Positions 9,794 to 21,570 of a DNA stretch of 64,000 nt are shown piece after piece. The DNA comes from Nitrosopumilaceae archaeon (GTDB lineage Archaea > Thermoproteota > Nitrososphaeria > Nitrososphaerales > Nitrosopumilaceae), in contig OZ242274.1 of the NCBI GenBank assembly GCA_965207375.1, positions 1,824,001-1,888,000 on the forward strand, in the 5' to 3' direction. Numbering within the stretch: the first letter of the stretch is position 1; each line of letters begins with the position of its first letter. Position numbers and translations under genes: made by a program. The notes under the pieces were generated by a model, which was not told where the DNA came from, did not search any database, and was given only the letters and a program-made list of their open reading frames with translations.

Positions 9794-11147
9794 ACAGTGA
9801 ATCGATCTCTTTATTGCTCAAGAGTCCCTTTTTAACTACTAGTTCCCTGATTGTCTTTCCGGTTTTTAGTGATTCTTTGAATAATTCTGCTGACTTTAGA
9901 TAGCCTATTTTTGGAGTCAGTAAGGTAACAATGACGGGGCTGTTTTCAATATCGGCTCGAAGTCGTTGTTTGTTTGCAGTCAATCCGTCAATGAGATTTG
10001 TAGAAAATATTGGCAAAAAGTTCTTTAGCATGTCAGTTGACTCTAAAACGCATTTTAGCATTACAGGAAGCATTACATTTAGTTCAAATTGTCCGCCTTG
10101 GGCCGCATGTGCTACGGTGGTATCATTTCCAATAATATCAAAACAGATCATGTTCATGCATTCTGCAAGTGATGGATTTACCTTTCCAGGCATGATTGAA
10201 GAACCTGCATGTACTGCAGGTATTCCAAGCTCTGATAGTCCTGCAACCGGACCTGATGCCATCAACCGTATATCATTTGCAAGTTTGTTAATCTCCAAGG
10301 CCAAGTTTCGCAATGCACCAGATGTGTTTGCAACTGCAAACTTGCTTTGCAATCCATGCTGCATGTCCTTTTCTGGCACTAGTGGAAGTTTTGATATATT
10401 TGCCAATTCAGAAATTGCGATTTTTCTATATCCTTTTGGGGTATTTGCACCTGTACCAACTGCTGTCCCACCTAATGCAACATGGTACAGTTCCTTTTGT
10501 GATGTGGCAAGTGCGTTTTTTGCCTTTGTGATAGATGTTGACAAGGCTGCAAACTCACTGCCAAGCGTAACCGGAAGTGCATCCATAAGATGCGTTCTTC
10601 CTATTTTTTTATAATTTGAGAACTGTTTTGACTTTTTAGTTAATGATTTAATCAAGATATCAATTGCTGCAATTGTCCCCTTCAAATTCATCAAAATTGC
10701 CACATGCATAGAGGTTGGAAATGTATCGTTGCTTGATTGTGACATGTTTACATGATCGTTTGGATGAAGGTGTTCATATGCACCTTTTTTCTTGCGTAAT
10801 GTTTCAAGTGCCACATTTGCAATAACCTCGTTGCAATTCATGTTAAATGCGGTTCCTGCACCAGAGTTTATCGCATCTACTACAAACTGATCAGTGAATT
10901 TTCCAGCTAGTATTTTATCACATGCCTGAATTATTGCCTTTGCCTGCTTTGCACTAATTGCCTTAGTTTTCAGATTTGCTACTGCTGCTGAACGCTTTAT
11001 CATGACAAATGCCCTGATCAGGTTCGGATGTGCCCTGTTTCCGGTTACATGATACTGCTTGACTGCCCTGCCCGTAAATGGCCCATAATACGAGTCTGCA
11101 GGTATTTTTACATCGCCCAAAGAGTCTCTATCGATTCTATGTTTCAT
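9786..11147 (-). CDS. fumC: Class II fumarate hydratase / aspartate ammonia-lyase
   Basis: GSSIMPGKVNP signature, SQSSND, GRTHLMDA; start placed at MKHRIDRDSLG. Confidence 0.85.
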   Translation of the reverse strand: MKHRIDRDSLGDVKIPADSYYGPFTGRAVKQYHVTGNRAHPNLIRAFVMIKRSAAVANLKTKAISAKQAKAIIQACDKILAGKFTDQFVVDAINSGAGTAFNMNCNEVIANVALETLRKKKGAYEHLHPNDHVNMSQSSNDTFPTSMHVAILMNLKGTIAAIDILIKSLTKKSKQFSNYKKIGRTHLMDALPVTLGSEFAALSTSITKAKNALATSQKELYHVALGGTAVGTGANTPKGYRKIAISELANISKLPLVPEKDMQHGLQSKFAVANTSGALRNLALEINKLANDIRLMASGPVAGLSELGIPAVHAGSSIMPGKVNPSLAECMNMICFDIIGNDTTVAHAAQGGQFELNVMLPVMLKCVLESTDMLKNFLPIFSTNLIDGLTANKQRLRADIENSPVIVTLLTPKIGYLKSAELFKESLKTGKTIRELVVKKGLLSNKEIDSLFG

Positions 11148-11304
11148 AGTTTTGTGTAAATTATACCTGTATTCAATCTTTTTTGATATGACCATACTGA
11201 AACGATACTTTGTCTTTTTTTGCATGATGTAGGTTTTGAGCATATTTTGCTATAGGCACAGTTGAAAGGAATTATTATATAGGCTGAACAAAACTTTTGG
11301 AATA

Positions 11305-12675
11305 ATGAATAAGCGTATTAGCACAATGTTTACCATCGCTGCAATAGCAGTTATGGGAGCAACGCTATTCGGAAGCACATACACACAATCCCAAGTTGGA
11401 GGTTCATCGTTTGACATGGCACAAACTGACGCCGATGCGATGGCCAAAATTCACAACATGGGAGGCTTGGAACTCGTTATGCCTCAAGCATTTGCAGAAA
11501 CCGATTGTGCAATGGATACAACCGGTCGCAATGTCGTCGAGTTAAATCTAACTGGTGAAAGTTCAGAACTACCCATAATGGGTGGCTCAACTTACAGTGC
11601 AATGACATTTAGTGGACAGGTCCCAGGACCAACACTAAGAGTCACGCAAGGTGATGTTGTAAAGATGACACTTACTATTCCAGACGATGAATTCACTCCA
11701 CACGGAAACGACATGCATGCATCTCAAATGTCTGCAGGAAACTTTGGTGCAGTAATGCCTGGAGAATCTGCTACCTATTGCTACATTGCCGAAGTACCTG
11801 GTGTTTACAAATACCACTGCTCCGGTGTTGACATAGCAGCAATGGATCAACACGTTCTCTCAGGAATGTACGGCATTACAATCGTTGACCCACTAGATGG
11901 ATACAAGAAGGTAATGTCTTATGGTACCGCAGTTGAGAATGGACAAGTTGTTTCAGATAGAACATTTCATTCTGCAGACGCGCTAGAGTTCCAGCTACAA
12001 TACAATCAGTTGTACTTGACTGATGCTGGCACATATGATATGGGCAAGATGATGGCACACCAAACAACACAAACAGTTGTCAACGGTATGGCATTAGGCT
12101 ATGTTCCAAATGAGACACATAATGAACTCATATTAGGGGATGCAAACAAGAACATCTTTGTTTTGCAACCATGGAACTCTGCTGACCTGGCTCAATACCA
12201 ATCCCAGTTATTGTTCATAGAAGAAGGACAACATGTCAGATTCTTTGTAGAAAACCAAGGAAATGAACCAGTTTACTGGCACATTGTTGGTGAAATAATT
12301 GACAGAGTTACCCAAGGTAACCGAGTTCAAGCACAAGGAACCGAGACATGGTTGGTAGGTGGTTCACAAAACATGATTGCAGACGTTATCTTTGATAGCC
12401 CTGGAGTCTATGTCGCAGTTAACCACGACTATGCAGCAATATTTTCTGGCGCAGCAACAATCATGGTAGTAGGTGATCCATTCGGATTAAACCCAGTACT
12501 ATTAGAAGCAGGAGCTATCCAAGAGGCAGTTCCATCATATGCTTACGTATTAGGCAACCCAAGCGATGCTATCCCACCAATGGGTAAAAACAGCATTGCT
12601 CATCCAATGATTAACTTACACGGATTATACACTGACGAACGTGCAGCCGAAATTGCAGCAGAATTAGGAATTTAA
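11305..12675 (+). CDS. nirK: Copper-containing nitrite reductase (AOA type)
   Basis: Signal peptide, VPGPTLRVTQGD, Cu ligands in PHGNDMH, YHCSG, HVLSGMYG and VNHDY. Confidence 0.9.
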   Translation: MNKRISTMFTIAAIAVMGATLFGSTYTQSQVGGSSFDMAQTDADAMAKIHNMGGLELVMPQAFAETDCAMDTTGRNVVELNLTGESSELPIMGGSTYSAMTFSGQVPGPTLRVTQGDVVKMTLTIPDDEFTPHGNDMHASQMSAGNFGAVMPGESATYCYIAEVPGVYKYHCSGVDIAAMDQHVLSGMYGITIVDPLDGYKKVMSYGTAVENGQVVSDRTFHSADALEFQLQYNQLYLTDAGTYDMGKMMAHQTTQTVVNGMALGYVPNETHNELILGDANKNIFVLQPWNSADLAQYQSQLLFIEEGQHVRFFVENQGNEPVYWHIVGEIIDRVTQGNRVQAQGTETWLVGGSQNMIADVIFDSPGVYVAVNHDYAAIFSGAATIMVVGDPFGLNPVLLEAGAIQEAVPSYAYVLGNPSDAIPPMGKNSIAHPMINLHGLYTDERAAEIAAELGI

Positions 12676-12737
12676 TCCTATTTTTTCCCTTTTTCTTACT
12701 CATAATAATTATATGCCCAAGCTTTGGGTGATTCGTT

Positions 12738-13670
12738 ATGGGATTTGATGACTCTGTTTTGATTTGTGACGAAGTAGATTCAGTACTAAATAAAATACTC
12801 AAAGACAATGGTCTCAAAGTAAGCTACGAGCCGCAAATAACACACGAGCAAATCAAAGAAAAGATCGAACAGTATAGTATAGTTATAGTTCGTAGTAGAA
12901 CGACACTTACAAAGGAGCTAGTCCAAAAGGCAAATAATTGCAAAATTATTGCACGCGTTGGCGTGGGACTAGACAATATTGATCTTGATGCTGCAAAAGC
13001 AAAAAACATCAGGGTGATAAATGCAGTTGAAGGTGCAATGACTGCAGTTGCAGAACTTGTCCTCGGATTGATGCTGTCATTGGCCCGAAACATTGCTTAT
13101 GCAGACAGAGGTATCCGAGACGGTAAATGGCTCAAAAAAGAGGTAAAGGGCACAGAACTCAAAGGCAAGTATCTTGGAATTGTTGGTGTGGGAAATATCG
13201 GCAAGCGTCTAGGACGGCTTGCAAAAGGACTCAACATGAATATTATCGGATACGATGTCATTCCAATTGATGATGAGTTTGTAAAAGACGTAGGAATGAT
13301 GAAGGCTGATTTAGATACACTATTGCAAAGTTCTGACTATGTATCAATTCATGTCCCGTTACTTGATTCTACCCGTCATTTGATAAATGCTGACAAGATA
13401 AAAATCATGAAAGATACTGCAAAAATTATCAATACCTCACGAGGTGGCGTAATAGATGAGGATGCTTTACATGATGCGCTAAAAAATGGAACGCTTGGCG
13501 GTGCGGCATTAGACGTGTTTGAAAGTGAGCCAGCAATAGGACACAAGCTAACTCAGCTTGACAATGTCATTTTGACCCCGCACATGGGAGCGCAGACAAA
13601 AGAGGCCCAAGCATTGGCAGCCAATGTCATAGGTGAGAAGATAGTTCAGATTCTCAGAGGCGTAATTTAG
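12738..13670 (+). CDS. serA: D-3-phosphoglycerate dehydrogenase-like D-2-hydroxyacid dehydrogenase
   Basis: [35 protein letters not shown]. Confidence 0.8.
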   Translation: MGFDDSVLICDEVDSVLNKILKDNGLKVSYEPQITHEQIKEKIEQYSIVIVRSRTTLTKELVQKANNCKIIARVGVGLDNIDLDAAKAKNIRVINAVEGAMTAVAELVLGLMLSLARNIAYADRGIRDGKWLKKEVKGTELKGKYLGIVGVGNIGKRLGRLAKGLNMNIIGYDVIPIDDEFVKDVGMMKADLDTLLQSSDYVSIHVPLLDSTRHLINADKIKIMKDTAKIINTSRGGVIDEDALHDALKNGTLGGAALDVFESEPAIGHKLTQLDNVILTPHMGAQTKEAQALAANVIGEKIVQILRGVI

Positions 13671-13936
13671 GCAGTTGTTTTTTAGATACCACATATTTCT
13701 TCACTTTGATACATGCCATAATTTCAAAGTCAGATTCTCGGAAAATGTTCACAACATTGCTCTGCAATTACACGTTTTATGACAAGTGCTGTTTAAACCG
13801 ATTTTAAGCACTTGGACAATTTTTGAAACAGGATAGGATCTGCTACAGATATAAAGTAAAAAAGCTTGACTTGTACGTAATGAATAATCGTCAAACTACC
13901 TTTAAGCCTGTTTTGTACAAAATATTTCATAAACAC

Positions 13937-14848
13937 ATGACAAATACAATACCAAATATCAAAGGATTAGGACTGCTGGTAATGGCGTCCTTGCTGCTAG
14001 GTGCAATGCCAGATTTGGCTCTAGCAGAAACCGTACAGGTGCCAATTTCTGGCAATTCTTACGATATAGAGTATGCAGGAACCAACATCACAATTATAGA
14101 TACTGAGGTAGATGAAGATTTTAAATCCCTAATTTTCAGTGTGAATGTATCTGATGATGATGTTTTAAAAGTTACACTTCCTAGAGATGTAATTGATGCC
14201 AAAGACAAGGACGGAAACGATATTGAATTCGTAATACTTGCAGATTTTGATGAACCTGTATCTGTAGAAACTAACAATACGCCTACAAGTAGAACCCTTA
14301 GCATAAATCTTGATGCAGGAGTAGAAGAGGTTGAAATCATTGGAACCGTTCTAGTTCAAGAATCAATAGACGAGGAAATAATTGAGGAACTAGTATTAGA
14401 AGAGGAAATAATTGAGGAACTAGTATTAGAAGAGAAGATATGTCCAGATGAGTATGCACCCATCTGCGGAATGGATAATAAAACGTATGTCAACATGTGT
14501 GAACTTGGCGTAGCAGGTATAGAATTAAAACAGAGTGGAGAGTGCAAAGCAGACGCACCTACAAAGGATGCAGCATGTGGTGAAGGCCTAGTTTTGATAG
14601 ATGATGTTTGTGTAATAGAAGATTTATCTACAAACAATTCTGCATGTGGTGAAGGTCTAGTTTTGATAGATGATGTTTGTGTAATAGAAGAAAGTACCGC
14701 CCCAATACCTGTAGATGCACAACAAAGATCTCTGCCGGAAGGTTCCAAGTTTGAACTAATATATGGTGCAGCAGCAGGATTCATTGTGGCATTTATTGTA
14801 ATAATTATTCTAGCAGCAATGGCTAGAGCAAGTCGCTCAAAAGATTAA
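13937..14848 (+). CDS. Secreted, membrane-anchored surface protein with Kazal-like domain and Cys repeats
   Basis: Signal peptide, VTLPRDVIDAK domain, CPDEYAPICGMDNKTYVNMCEL...GEC, two ACGEGLVLIDDVCVIE repeats, C-terminal TM helix with basic tail. Confidence 0.75.
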   Translation: MTNTIPNIKGLGLLVMASLLLGAMPDLALAETVQVPISGNSYDIEYAGTNITIIDTEVDEDFKSLIFSVNVSDDDVLKVTLPRDVIDAKDKDGNDIEFVILADFDEPVSVETNNTPTSRTLSINLDAGVEEVEIIGTVLVQESIDEEIIEELVLEEEIIEELVLEEKICPDEYAPICGMDNKTYVNMCELGVAGIELKQSGECKADAPTKDAACGEGLVLIDDVCVIEDLSTNNSACGEGLVLIDDVCVIEESTAPIPVDAQQRSLPEGSKFELIYGAAAGFIVAFIVIIILAAMARASRSKD

Positions 14849-15363
14849 CAGCTATAATGGCCCTGATGGCCATTCATGATTTCAAAAAATTCAGGACCGG
14901 TATACGTATCGGTCACAGAGTAAGGAATCATACCTAACAATACAGTATCTATAGTCGTAATTACCATCATATCTTCAGAGTTTACTCTCATTATTTCATT
15001 GCCTGAAATTTCAGTATCTAGATACATCGATACGATTTGACCTGCAAGACTGGTCATTTTTCCCTTTCCTAAAAGCTCAATTGCAGAATTAGGCTGCACC
15101 GTTGCACCGTGTACATCAAAGCTTCCCACCTCATCACCCTGATAAAATGTTACAATACTCAATCCATTAAATTTTAGAGGAATAAAAGAGGAATTGCACA
15201 CCTCAATTATTCCTCCGTTTAACATTGTAAGATAATCAAAACTTCCCCGCTCATTCCATTTTAGTTCTAATTTTTCTAGCGTGACTGCATTAAATGCCGA
15301 ATATCCCAATGATGCAGCTATGACAATTGATGCGGCAATGACAATTCCTATGTGTTTATCCAT
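14845..15363 (-). CDS. Hypothetical membrane-anchored protein
   Basis: 172-aa ORF with N-terminal TM segment; abuts the upstream gene. Confidence 0.7.
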   Translation of the reverse strand: MDKHIGIVIAASIVIAASLGYSAFNAVTLEKLELKWNERGSFDYLTMLNGGIIEVCNSSFIPLKFNGLSIVTFYQGDEVGSFDVHGATVQPNSAIELLGKGKMTSLAGQIVSMYLDTEISGNEIMRVNSEDMMVITTIDTVLLGMIPYSVTDTYTGPEFFEIMNGHQGHYSC

Positions 15364-15984
15364 TTATTTTTCCTCCATGATAACTGCACCTATTTCAATC
15401 ATATACTGTAATGCTTGTACAAATTCGTCATCAGATATGATTCCGTTCTTCCACCATTGAGCATTTGTCTTGTACCATGAAGGTATGCTAACTTGTGTGT
15501 CCTCTGCAATTTTGTTATCTATTTTGATTATGTCATTATCTACTAAACTTTTTAAAAATCCCTTATCGTCAATAACGTGTTCGGACCATAATTCTGCAAC
15601 GTCTTTAATCCAAAACGGAATTACAATAGTTCCAGAATCAACTAGTACAAACTCAGTTGCAGTAGTTTGGCCATCATAGGTTACCTGTATAGTATAGGTC
15701 CCCTCGCGGTACACAAATGGTTCAAACGGGTTAGGAGCAGTCAATGTGGATGTTTGACCGGTAATTGCCATCTGAATAGAGCTGCTTCCCATTCCTGTGT
15801 CGTCTATAATCCTAAATGTTGCAATCTCATTTGTAACCTTTGGTACCGTAACTACAAACGATAAATAATCACCATATACATACACTTGCCTGTCAGTAGA
15901 TACTGCAAACTCTTGTGCAAAAACATATGTTTGTAAAGATATAGCAAACATTACAATCAAGAGTAAAAATAGCTTCACAGTCAA
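15364..15984 (-). CDS. Secreted protein with thaumarchaeal IPxWIK repeats
   Basis: Signal peptide; IPFWIKDVAELWSE and IPSWYKTNAQWWKNGIISDDEF. Confidence 0.75.
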   Translation of the reverse strand: MTVKLFLLLIVMFAISLQTYVFAQEFAVSTDRQVYVYGDYLSFVVTVPKVTNEIATFRIIDDTGMGSSSIQMAITGQTSTLTAPNPFEPFVYREGTYTIQVTYDGQTTATEFVLVDSGTIVIPFWIKDVAELWSEHVIDDKGFLKSLVDNDIIKIDNKIAEDTQVSIPSWYKTNAQWWKNGIISDDEFVQALQYMIEIGAVIMEEK

Positions 15985-16021
15985 AATTTTTCCCTAGCTA
16001 ATAAAAACCTCCTAGCATTTT

Positions 16022-16294
16022 TTATTTTTTGTCTAGTATGGCAGGCGTAAATTTTGAGAAAAACAATAACGCTGCACCTGTAGTAAATATTGCAATTCCA
16101 AGGTAAAATTCAATTTGAATTCGCTCAAATCTATCTAGTGTGGTCCTGTCAAATAACTGCAATTCATCCGCAGTCATTGCCTGTATGTATATCATTTGTG
16201 GATAGTCATATACTATAATTAACAATCCAAAAAAAGCCACAATCAATCCTACAAAAAAGAGCCGCCCCTCCACAAATATTTTAAAAATAGGCAT
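16022..16294 (-). CDS. Hypothetical two-TM membrane protein
   Basis: Two hydrophobic segments in a 90-aa ORF. Confidence 0.6.
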   Translation of the reverse strand: MPIFKIFVEGRLFFVGLIVAFFGLLIIVYDYPQMIYIQAMTADELQLFDRTTLDRFERIQIEFYLGIAIFTTGAALLFFSKFTPAILDKK

Positions 16295-16555
16295 AATTTA
16301 TGGCTAGATACAAATCCTGTAGATAGGTACAGCATCATGTCTTGAAAACATCACAGTATACGGAATTAATATTTGAGAAAATTACAAGAAAGCCTTTTAC
16401 ATGAGACATTATTATTTCTAGTATCGAGTTTTCTGCGGAAAGCCTCTTTGAGTAGTTTTCCTACTCAAAGTGGTCTTAATTTATAACAAATTTGATTGTA
16501 GGACTTTTTTTTTCACAAAATAGCATATATTAAGTGGCAATCAATTAGTGCCTAC

Positions 16556-17005
16556 ATGCCTAGTATGCAGGATCAAACGTGGATAAAACTCTGGAAGGAA
16601 AATTCTTTAGATATCAGAGAAAGAGTTGTCGGCTGGCGCAAGCAAAATGCGGCCACTAGAATCGACAAACCAAGTCGAATCCAAAGAGCACGTAGACTAG
16701 GATACAAAGCCAAACAAGGGATTATCGTTGTACGTATGAGAGTAGGTACAGGCGGCATGAGAAAACAAAGACCACGCGGAGGTAGAAGACCCAAGCATCT
16801 AGGAGTTACAAGAATAAAGGCAGACGTTACAATGAAACAGGTAGCAGAAAACAGAACTCTTGAAAAATATCCAAATTTGAAACTTTTAGGTTCTTACTTT
16901 GTTTACAAAGATGGTATGCACTATTGGTTTGAGGTCATCTTGGCAGATCCTTCACATCCCAGAGTTACCAAAGACAAGGAACTTCGTAAACGAGTACTTG
17001 CATAA
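16556..17005 (+). CDS. rpl15e: 50S ribosomal protein L15e
   Basis: RARRLGYKAKQG, YWFEVILADPSHP. Confidence 0.95.
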   Translation: MPSMQDQTWIKLWKENSLDIRERVVGWRKQNAATRIDKPSRIQRARRLGYKAKQGIIVVRMRVGTGGMRKQRPRGGRRPKHLGVTRIKADVTMKQVAENRTLEKYPNLKLLGSYFVYKDGMHYWFEVILADPSHPRVTKDKELRKRVLA

Positions 17006-17807
17006 ATTGAAGATATTGCTTTTAGTTGCACTGTTGTGTATGATAATGTCGGTTCCAGCTTTTGCCCAACTGTCTGATAAAACAGGACTAAATAGCAGAA
17101 TGTATGTTGATGCAGGAGGTCAAGAGTTTGAAATTTTAACAACTGCCAACTTTCAAGTATCAGATGCAGATTTTGATCTAGTTTCCAAGACTTTGAGATT
17201 AAGTATCATCAGTAGTCTTGAGAATAATTTCGGTGAGATTACAATTCCAAAAACACTTCTCGGAGGCCAATTGAATCTAGTTTTAAATGGAGACAAACAG
17301 TCAGCAAAGATTCGCTCCAATGACAACATATGGTTCATAACTATAGAGTTTAACGGAACAAATACACATACTTTGGAAATAATTGGTACAGAATCTATAT
17401 CTACAAATAATACCAGCAATACAGCAGATGATAACGGGTGTCTTATTGCCACAGCAGCATATGGTTCAGAACTCTCATCACAGGTTCAATTGCTAAGAGA
17501 GATTCGCGATGATATCATACTTGAAACTGAATCAGGCACTGCATTTATGAATTCATTTAACCAATTTTACTATTCATTTTCTCCTACAATAGCTGATTGG
17601 CAAAGACAAAACCACATATTCAAAGAGGCAGTAAAGATGACAATTACACCCCTAGTTAGCTCGCTTGCCATTCTAAATTATGTAGATATTAATTCTGAAT
17701 CTGAGATGTTAGGATATGGAATTGGAATTGTCATGATAAATGCAGGAATGTATTTTGCACCAGTTGTTGGAATTTCGATATTTAGAAAATACATGTCGTT
17801 TCATTAG
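16998..17807 (+). CDS. Secreted protein with CFI-box-CTERM domain
   Basis: GCLIATAAYGSELSSQVQLLREIRD...FNQFYYSFSP; signal peptide; TTG start estimated. Confidence 0.8.
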   Translation: MHKLKILLLVALLCMIMSVPAFAQLSDKTGLNSRMYVDAGGQEFEILTTANFQVSDADFDLVSKTLRLSIISSLENNFGEITIPKTLLGGQLNLVLNGDKQSAKIRSNDNIWFITIEFNGTNTHTLEIIGTESISTNNTSNTADDNGCLIATAAYGSELSSQVQLLREIRDDIILETESGTAFMNSFNQFYYSFSPTIADWQRQNHIFKEAVKMTITPLVSSLAILNYVDINSESEMLGYGIGIVMINAGMYFAPVVGISIFRKYMSFH

Positions 17808-20139
17808 AGAACGTTTTATGATATAAAATGTCAAGTAATAAACGAGTAAAAATACGCCCCATTACAACTAAATCCAAGAATTACAATTAGAATCGTATTG
17901 AACCGTGAGGGTTCGTTTTGTTCTAAATTAAGTATTGAAATTACGAATTGTTTCCATATGGCGATACTTTTTCATCTATTGTTTTTTCACTATAAGGCTG
18001 ACTAGTTTTTCATATTTTTCCATAGTGTTACAAAGTGATGTCTCTATATTTGAGGGGGGATTTTTTATCATGTCCATTAAGATTGATGCAATTCCGGTTT
18101 TATTTAGATGGGAGGAATTTGGATTTAAAAGATTGGTATAATACTTGGCAGTCTTTTGATTTTTTAATTCGTCATTAAAAGTGTCTGGAACAGTAATGTC
18201 TGGATATACACGTTTAAACAAATCATTGTATAATTGAGGATCAATTAAATCTTCAATATCTGCAGCCTGTTTATCAACAACATCAGTAATCTGAATGAAA
18301 TTATTTTCAAATTCCGAATTTCCTATCTTCTTTTGTATAGTTTTTGTTTGGCTCCCACCATCAACAACACATACATATTTCACATCTAGATTCTTGAGTA
18401 TCTTGATCATGTTAGGTGCATTAGATATACCACCCATATCATCTATGGCGTATATATCTTGATGAAGATATTGTCTATCTGTCTGTTTTGCATATTCATT
18501 AAGAGCTGCAATGAATTTGTAGTCGCTTGGCCCTTCAAAAAGAACGGTGATAGGTGCTCCAAAAAGGGAATATTTTGCAGGACTTCCTATGTATTTGCTT
18601 ATCTCAATGCGTGTTGGATCTATTCCACTTGGTTTTATTTCCTTTATGACAGTTCCATCATCTTTAGTTTTTTGTACAAATCGTATTCTATCTAATCTCC
18701 AAGGATCAATCAAAGCTTTTTCATGTGTCGTATAAATGATTTGTAAGTTATTTTTCTCTGCCATCGTGGTCATAAATTTTCTTATATCTTCTTTACCTGC
18801 ATCATGGATTGCAGTTGCGGGACTATCTAACAAAAGTATCTTGGATGAACCAGGAGATGTTGTAAGCAATTTAATTTTAAAGAATAGTGCAAGAACCCAT
18901 TGTAGACCTTCACTACCTTGAGTTACACTAATTCTTTTATCTGAAATTGAATCCCTGATCTGCAAAATTAGATTTTGATCATTTAAATTTATTATAATTT
19001 CATACGGAGTTTGGTTCCAAAACTTTTTGAATTCTTTTGTAAGCGTTTCAGTTGCTTTATCAAAAAAGTTTTGTCGTGTGTGCTGTTCAGCATTACGTAT
19101 GTTGTTGAGGTTATCTTTGGTGAATGCACATATATGACCTATTGCAGAAAAAGTTTCGTACATGTCTTTGTTGTTAAGATAATCATCTAACTGAATGCTG
19201 TCCATGGGAGGTTCAAGTTCTGAAATATATTCTGGTTTAGGTACAACCTGATCATAAACTTGGTGTTTGGGATTATTTTGGTTCTGTGACATTATGTGAT
19301 TGACCTCAGACTCTATTTCCCCCACAATTTGGTTAAAATCAGCACTTAACTTCTCATCATTAGGTATTGCAAATAGATTATTTTTGAAATTCTGTAAAAA
19401 ATCATCACTGCTCATAGGTGTTTTTTTAATACCAGATATGAAATCATCTCGATATTTGAGGAATGGTTCTATGTGATTTTTAATATCTGGTATTCGTGAT
19501 TCGGTGTCTTGAATAATTTTTTGTAAGGAATCTAATCTGTGTTCAATTTCATCAATTTTGACTGTCTGAAGTTGATTGTTAATCATGTCATTGCACACTA
19601 TATCTACTTCCCATCTTCCATCAAAAAATCGCTTTATGTACATTTCAGTGGCCTTTTTATATTGTTCATGTAGTAATGGATAATCGGTTTTATCAGTTTT
19701 AAAATGGGCAACTAGCTGTGGAATTTCATCTGCACGTAAACGGTTGTCTGTAAACTTGTCTAAAGTAGCACTACCTTCAGGTAAATCTCTTTGATTAAAT
19801 CCCATATTATGATTTATTCGTTGCAATAGTTCCAAAATAGAAGTCTTGCCGGATCCTGTTATTCCAACAAGACACGTTACATCGGGTTGGAATTTTATAC
19901 GAGTCTCTATTATTGATTTATAATTATATAATGTTGCTTCTAAAGATTCTCCAGCGTTAATTGTTGGTCAAAGTCACTATGCAAATTTTCTCCGGATTGC
20001 GCGTGCCTAAAATTTCTTCAATTGCAGCATAATTTGCTTTTGTACCGGTAAAAGAGATCAAAAATTTAACCATTTTTTCAAAATTTGTTAACCCACATGA
20101 TCCAAATACACACGACATGTAGTCCCATCGTATTTCGCA

Positions 20140-21507
20140 ATGATGGGACTAACATATCAAAAATCATATACAAGATCAAAATTTAAACTACACGAAAAAT
20201 TTGAGGCTATACGAAACAAGACATCGGTACTGCTTACGCGCAGTACTGACAAAATGACAAGAGTTACTAGATGGATGAGTACACGTGTATCTTGGAGCAA
20301 GGGTGCACAAGGACGCGGAAATCGTGCCTTGAAAATACTAGAAACACAAAATGCAATAAAAAAAGTCAGGCATAACCATTACACAGTACAGTCCCAATCT
20401 AAGGACAACATCAGATATACCGTGATACAGAAAAAAAATTCCTGGTCATGTGACTGTCCAGATCACAAATACAGACAGGCTCAATGCAAGCATATCCTAG
20501 CAGTAATTGCAGATACTGTAGACAGGGATGCAGAGACAATAATTGATGAACAATCCAAAGATGCAGCTAAGCTGCCTTGCCAGGACAAACAGCCCAAAGA
20601 TGCAGATGACAATACTGAGAAAAAAACCACAGAAATAGTTCTAATAGAGATTCCATCACACTGTATGCATTGCGGTGACGAACACATCATAAAATATGGT
20701 CATATACAGCGTAGACATGGCACTACGCAACGATACCAATGCAAAAATTGCAATCGTGTCTTTGGGTACAGGGGCGGCATGGAACACACACGAATAGAAT
20801 CATGGGCGATTCTAGATGCACTTGATGCCTACTATAAGGGACATACACCTAGTGCAATACAAGACACGCTAGCACAAAAGGGAGTGTATGTGTGTGTATC
20901 TACGATATACAGATGGATAATCAAATTTGTAACAATGGTGTATGTATACCTGATGTCACTTTCAATTAATACAGGCAATCGATTCTGTGCAGACGAGGAA
21001 TACATTTCAATAAGAGGTAAACAAAATTATCTTTTTGCAGAGACTGATTATGATACCAGATTTTTACTAGCATGGGAGGTTGCAAACTGCAAGGACGGAC
21101 ACAATGCAGAAAACCTACTCAAAGCTGCAGCAGCCCGTGCCGGAAAGAAACCTACAGAATTTGTAAGCGATGCCCTGCCCTCATATGCACAAGCATTTGA
21201 ATCAGTGTATGCTGCACCAAATGCACTACATCAACATTGCACACACATATCAAATGCAGGAATTTCCAAAAAGAACAACAACAATGTCCAGGAAAGATTC
21301 AACGGGACATTACGTGCTATACAACGACCCAGACGCGGCATTAAAAGTAAAAACTCGCCAATATTTGCAGGATGTGATATTTATTACAATTTCATGCGAC
21401 CTCACTCGAGTCTTGGAGGCAAGACGCCTGCAGAGGCTGCAGGTATAACTATACACGGACAAAAATGGAGGACAGTAATATCAAACGCTGCACTGTACGT
21501 GCAATAA
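20140..21507 (+). CDS. DDE transposase (IS6/IS240-like) with N-terminal SWIM zinc finger and zinc ribbon
   Basis: SWIM CDCPDH...CKHI; CMHC...CKNC; STIYRWI HTH; DEEY, SDAL and NNVQERFNGTLR DDE motifs; YNFMRPHSSL. True start may be further downstream. Confidence 0.85.
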   Translation: MMGLTYQKSYTRSKFKLHEKFEAIRNKTSVLLTRSTDKMTRVTRWMSTRVSWSKGAQGRGNRALKILETQNAIKKVRHNHYTVQSQSKDNIRYTVIQKKNSWSCDCPDHKYRQAQCKHILAVIADTVDRDAETIIDEQSKDAAKLPCQDKQPKDADDNTEKKTTEIVLIEIPSHCMHCGDEHIIKYGHIQRRHGTTQRYQCKNCNRVFGYRGGMEHTRIESWAILDALDAYYKGHTPSAIQDTLAQKGVYVCVSTIYRWIIKFVTMVYVYLMSLSINTGNRFCADEEYISIRGKQNYLFAETDYDTRFLLAWEVANCKDGHNAENLLKAAAARAGKKPTEFVSDALPSYAQAFESVYAAPNALHQHCTHISNAGISKKNNNNVQERFNGTLRAIQRPRRGIKSKNSPIFAGCDIYYNFMRPHSSLGGKTPAEAAGITIHGQKWRTVISNAALYVQ

Positions 21508-21570
21508 ACTCTAATGTCAAAGTTACATGTGTGATGAAACAGTGACAACTCGGAGAAGATTATGTTCTGC

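Noticed and set aside
9931-10614. 227-aa plus-strand ORF
   Set aside because: Antisense to fumC with no recognisable motifs; a shadow ORF.
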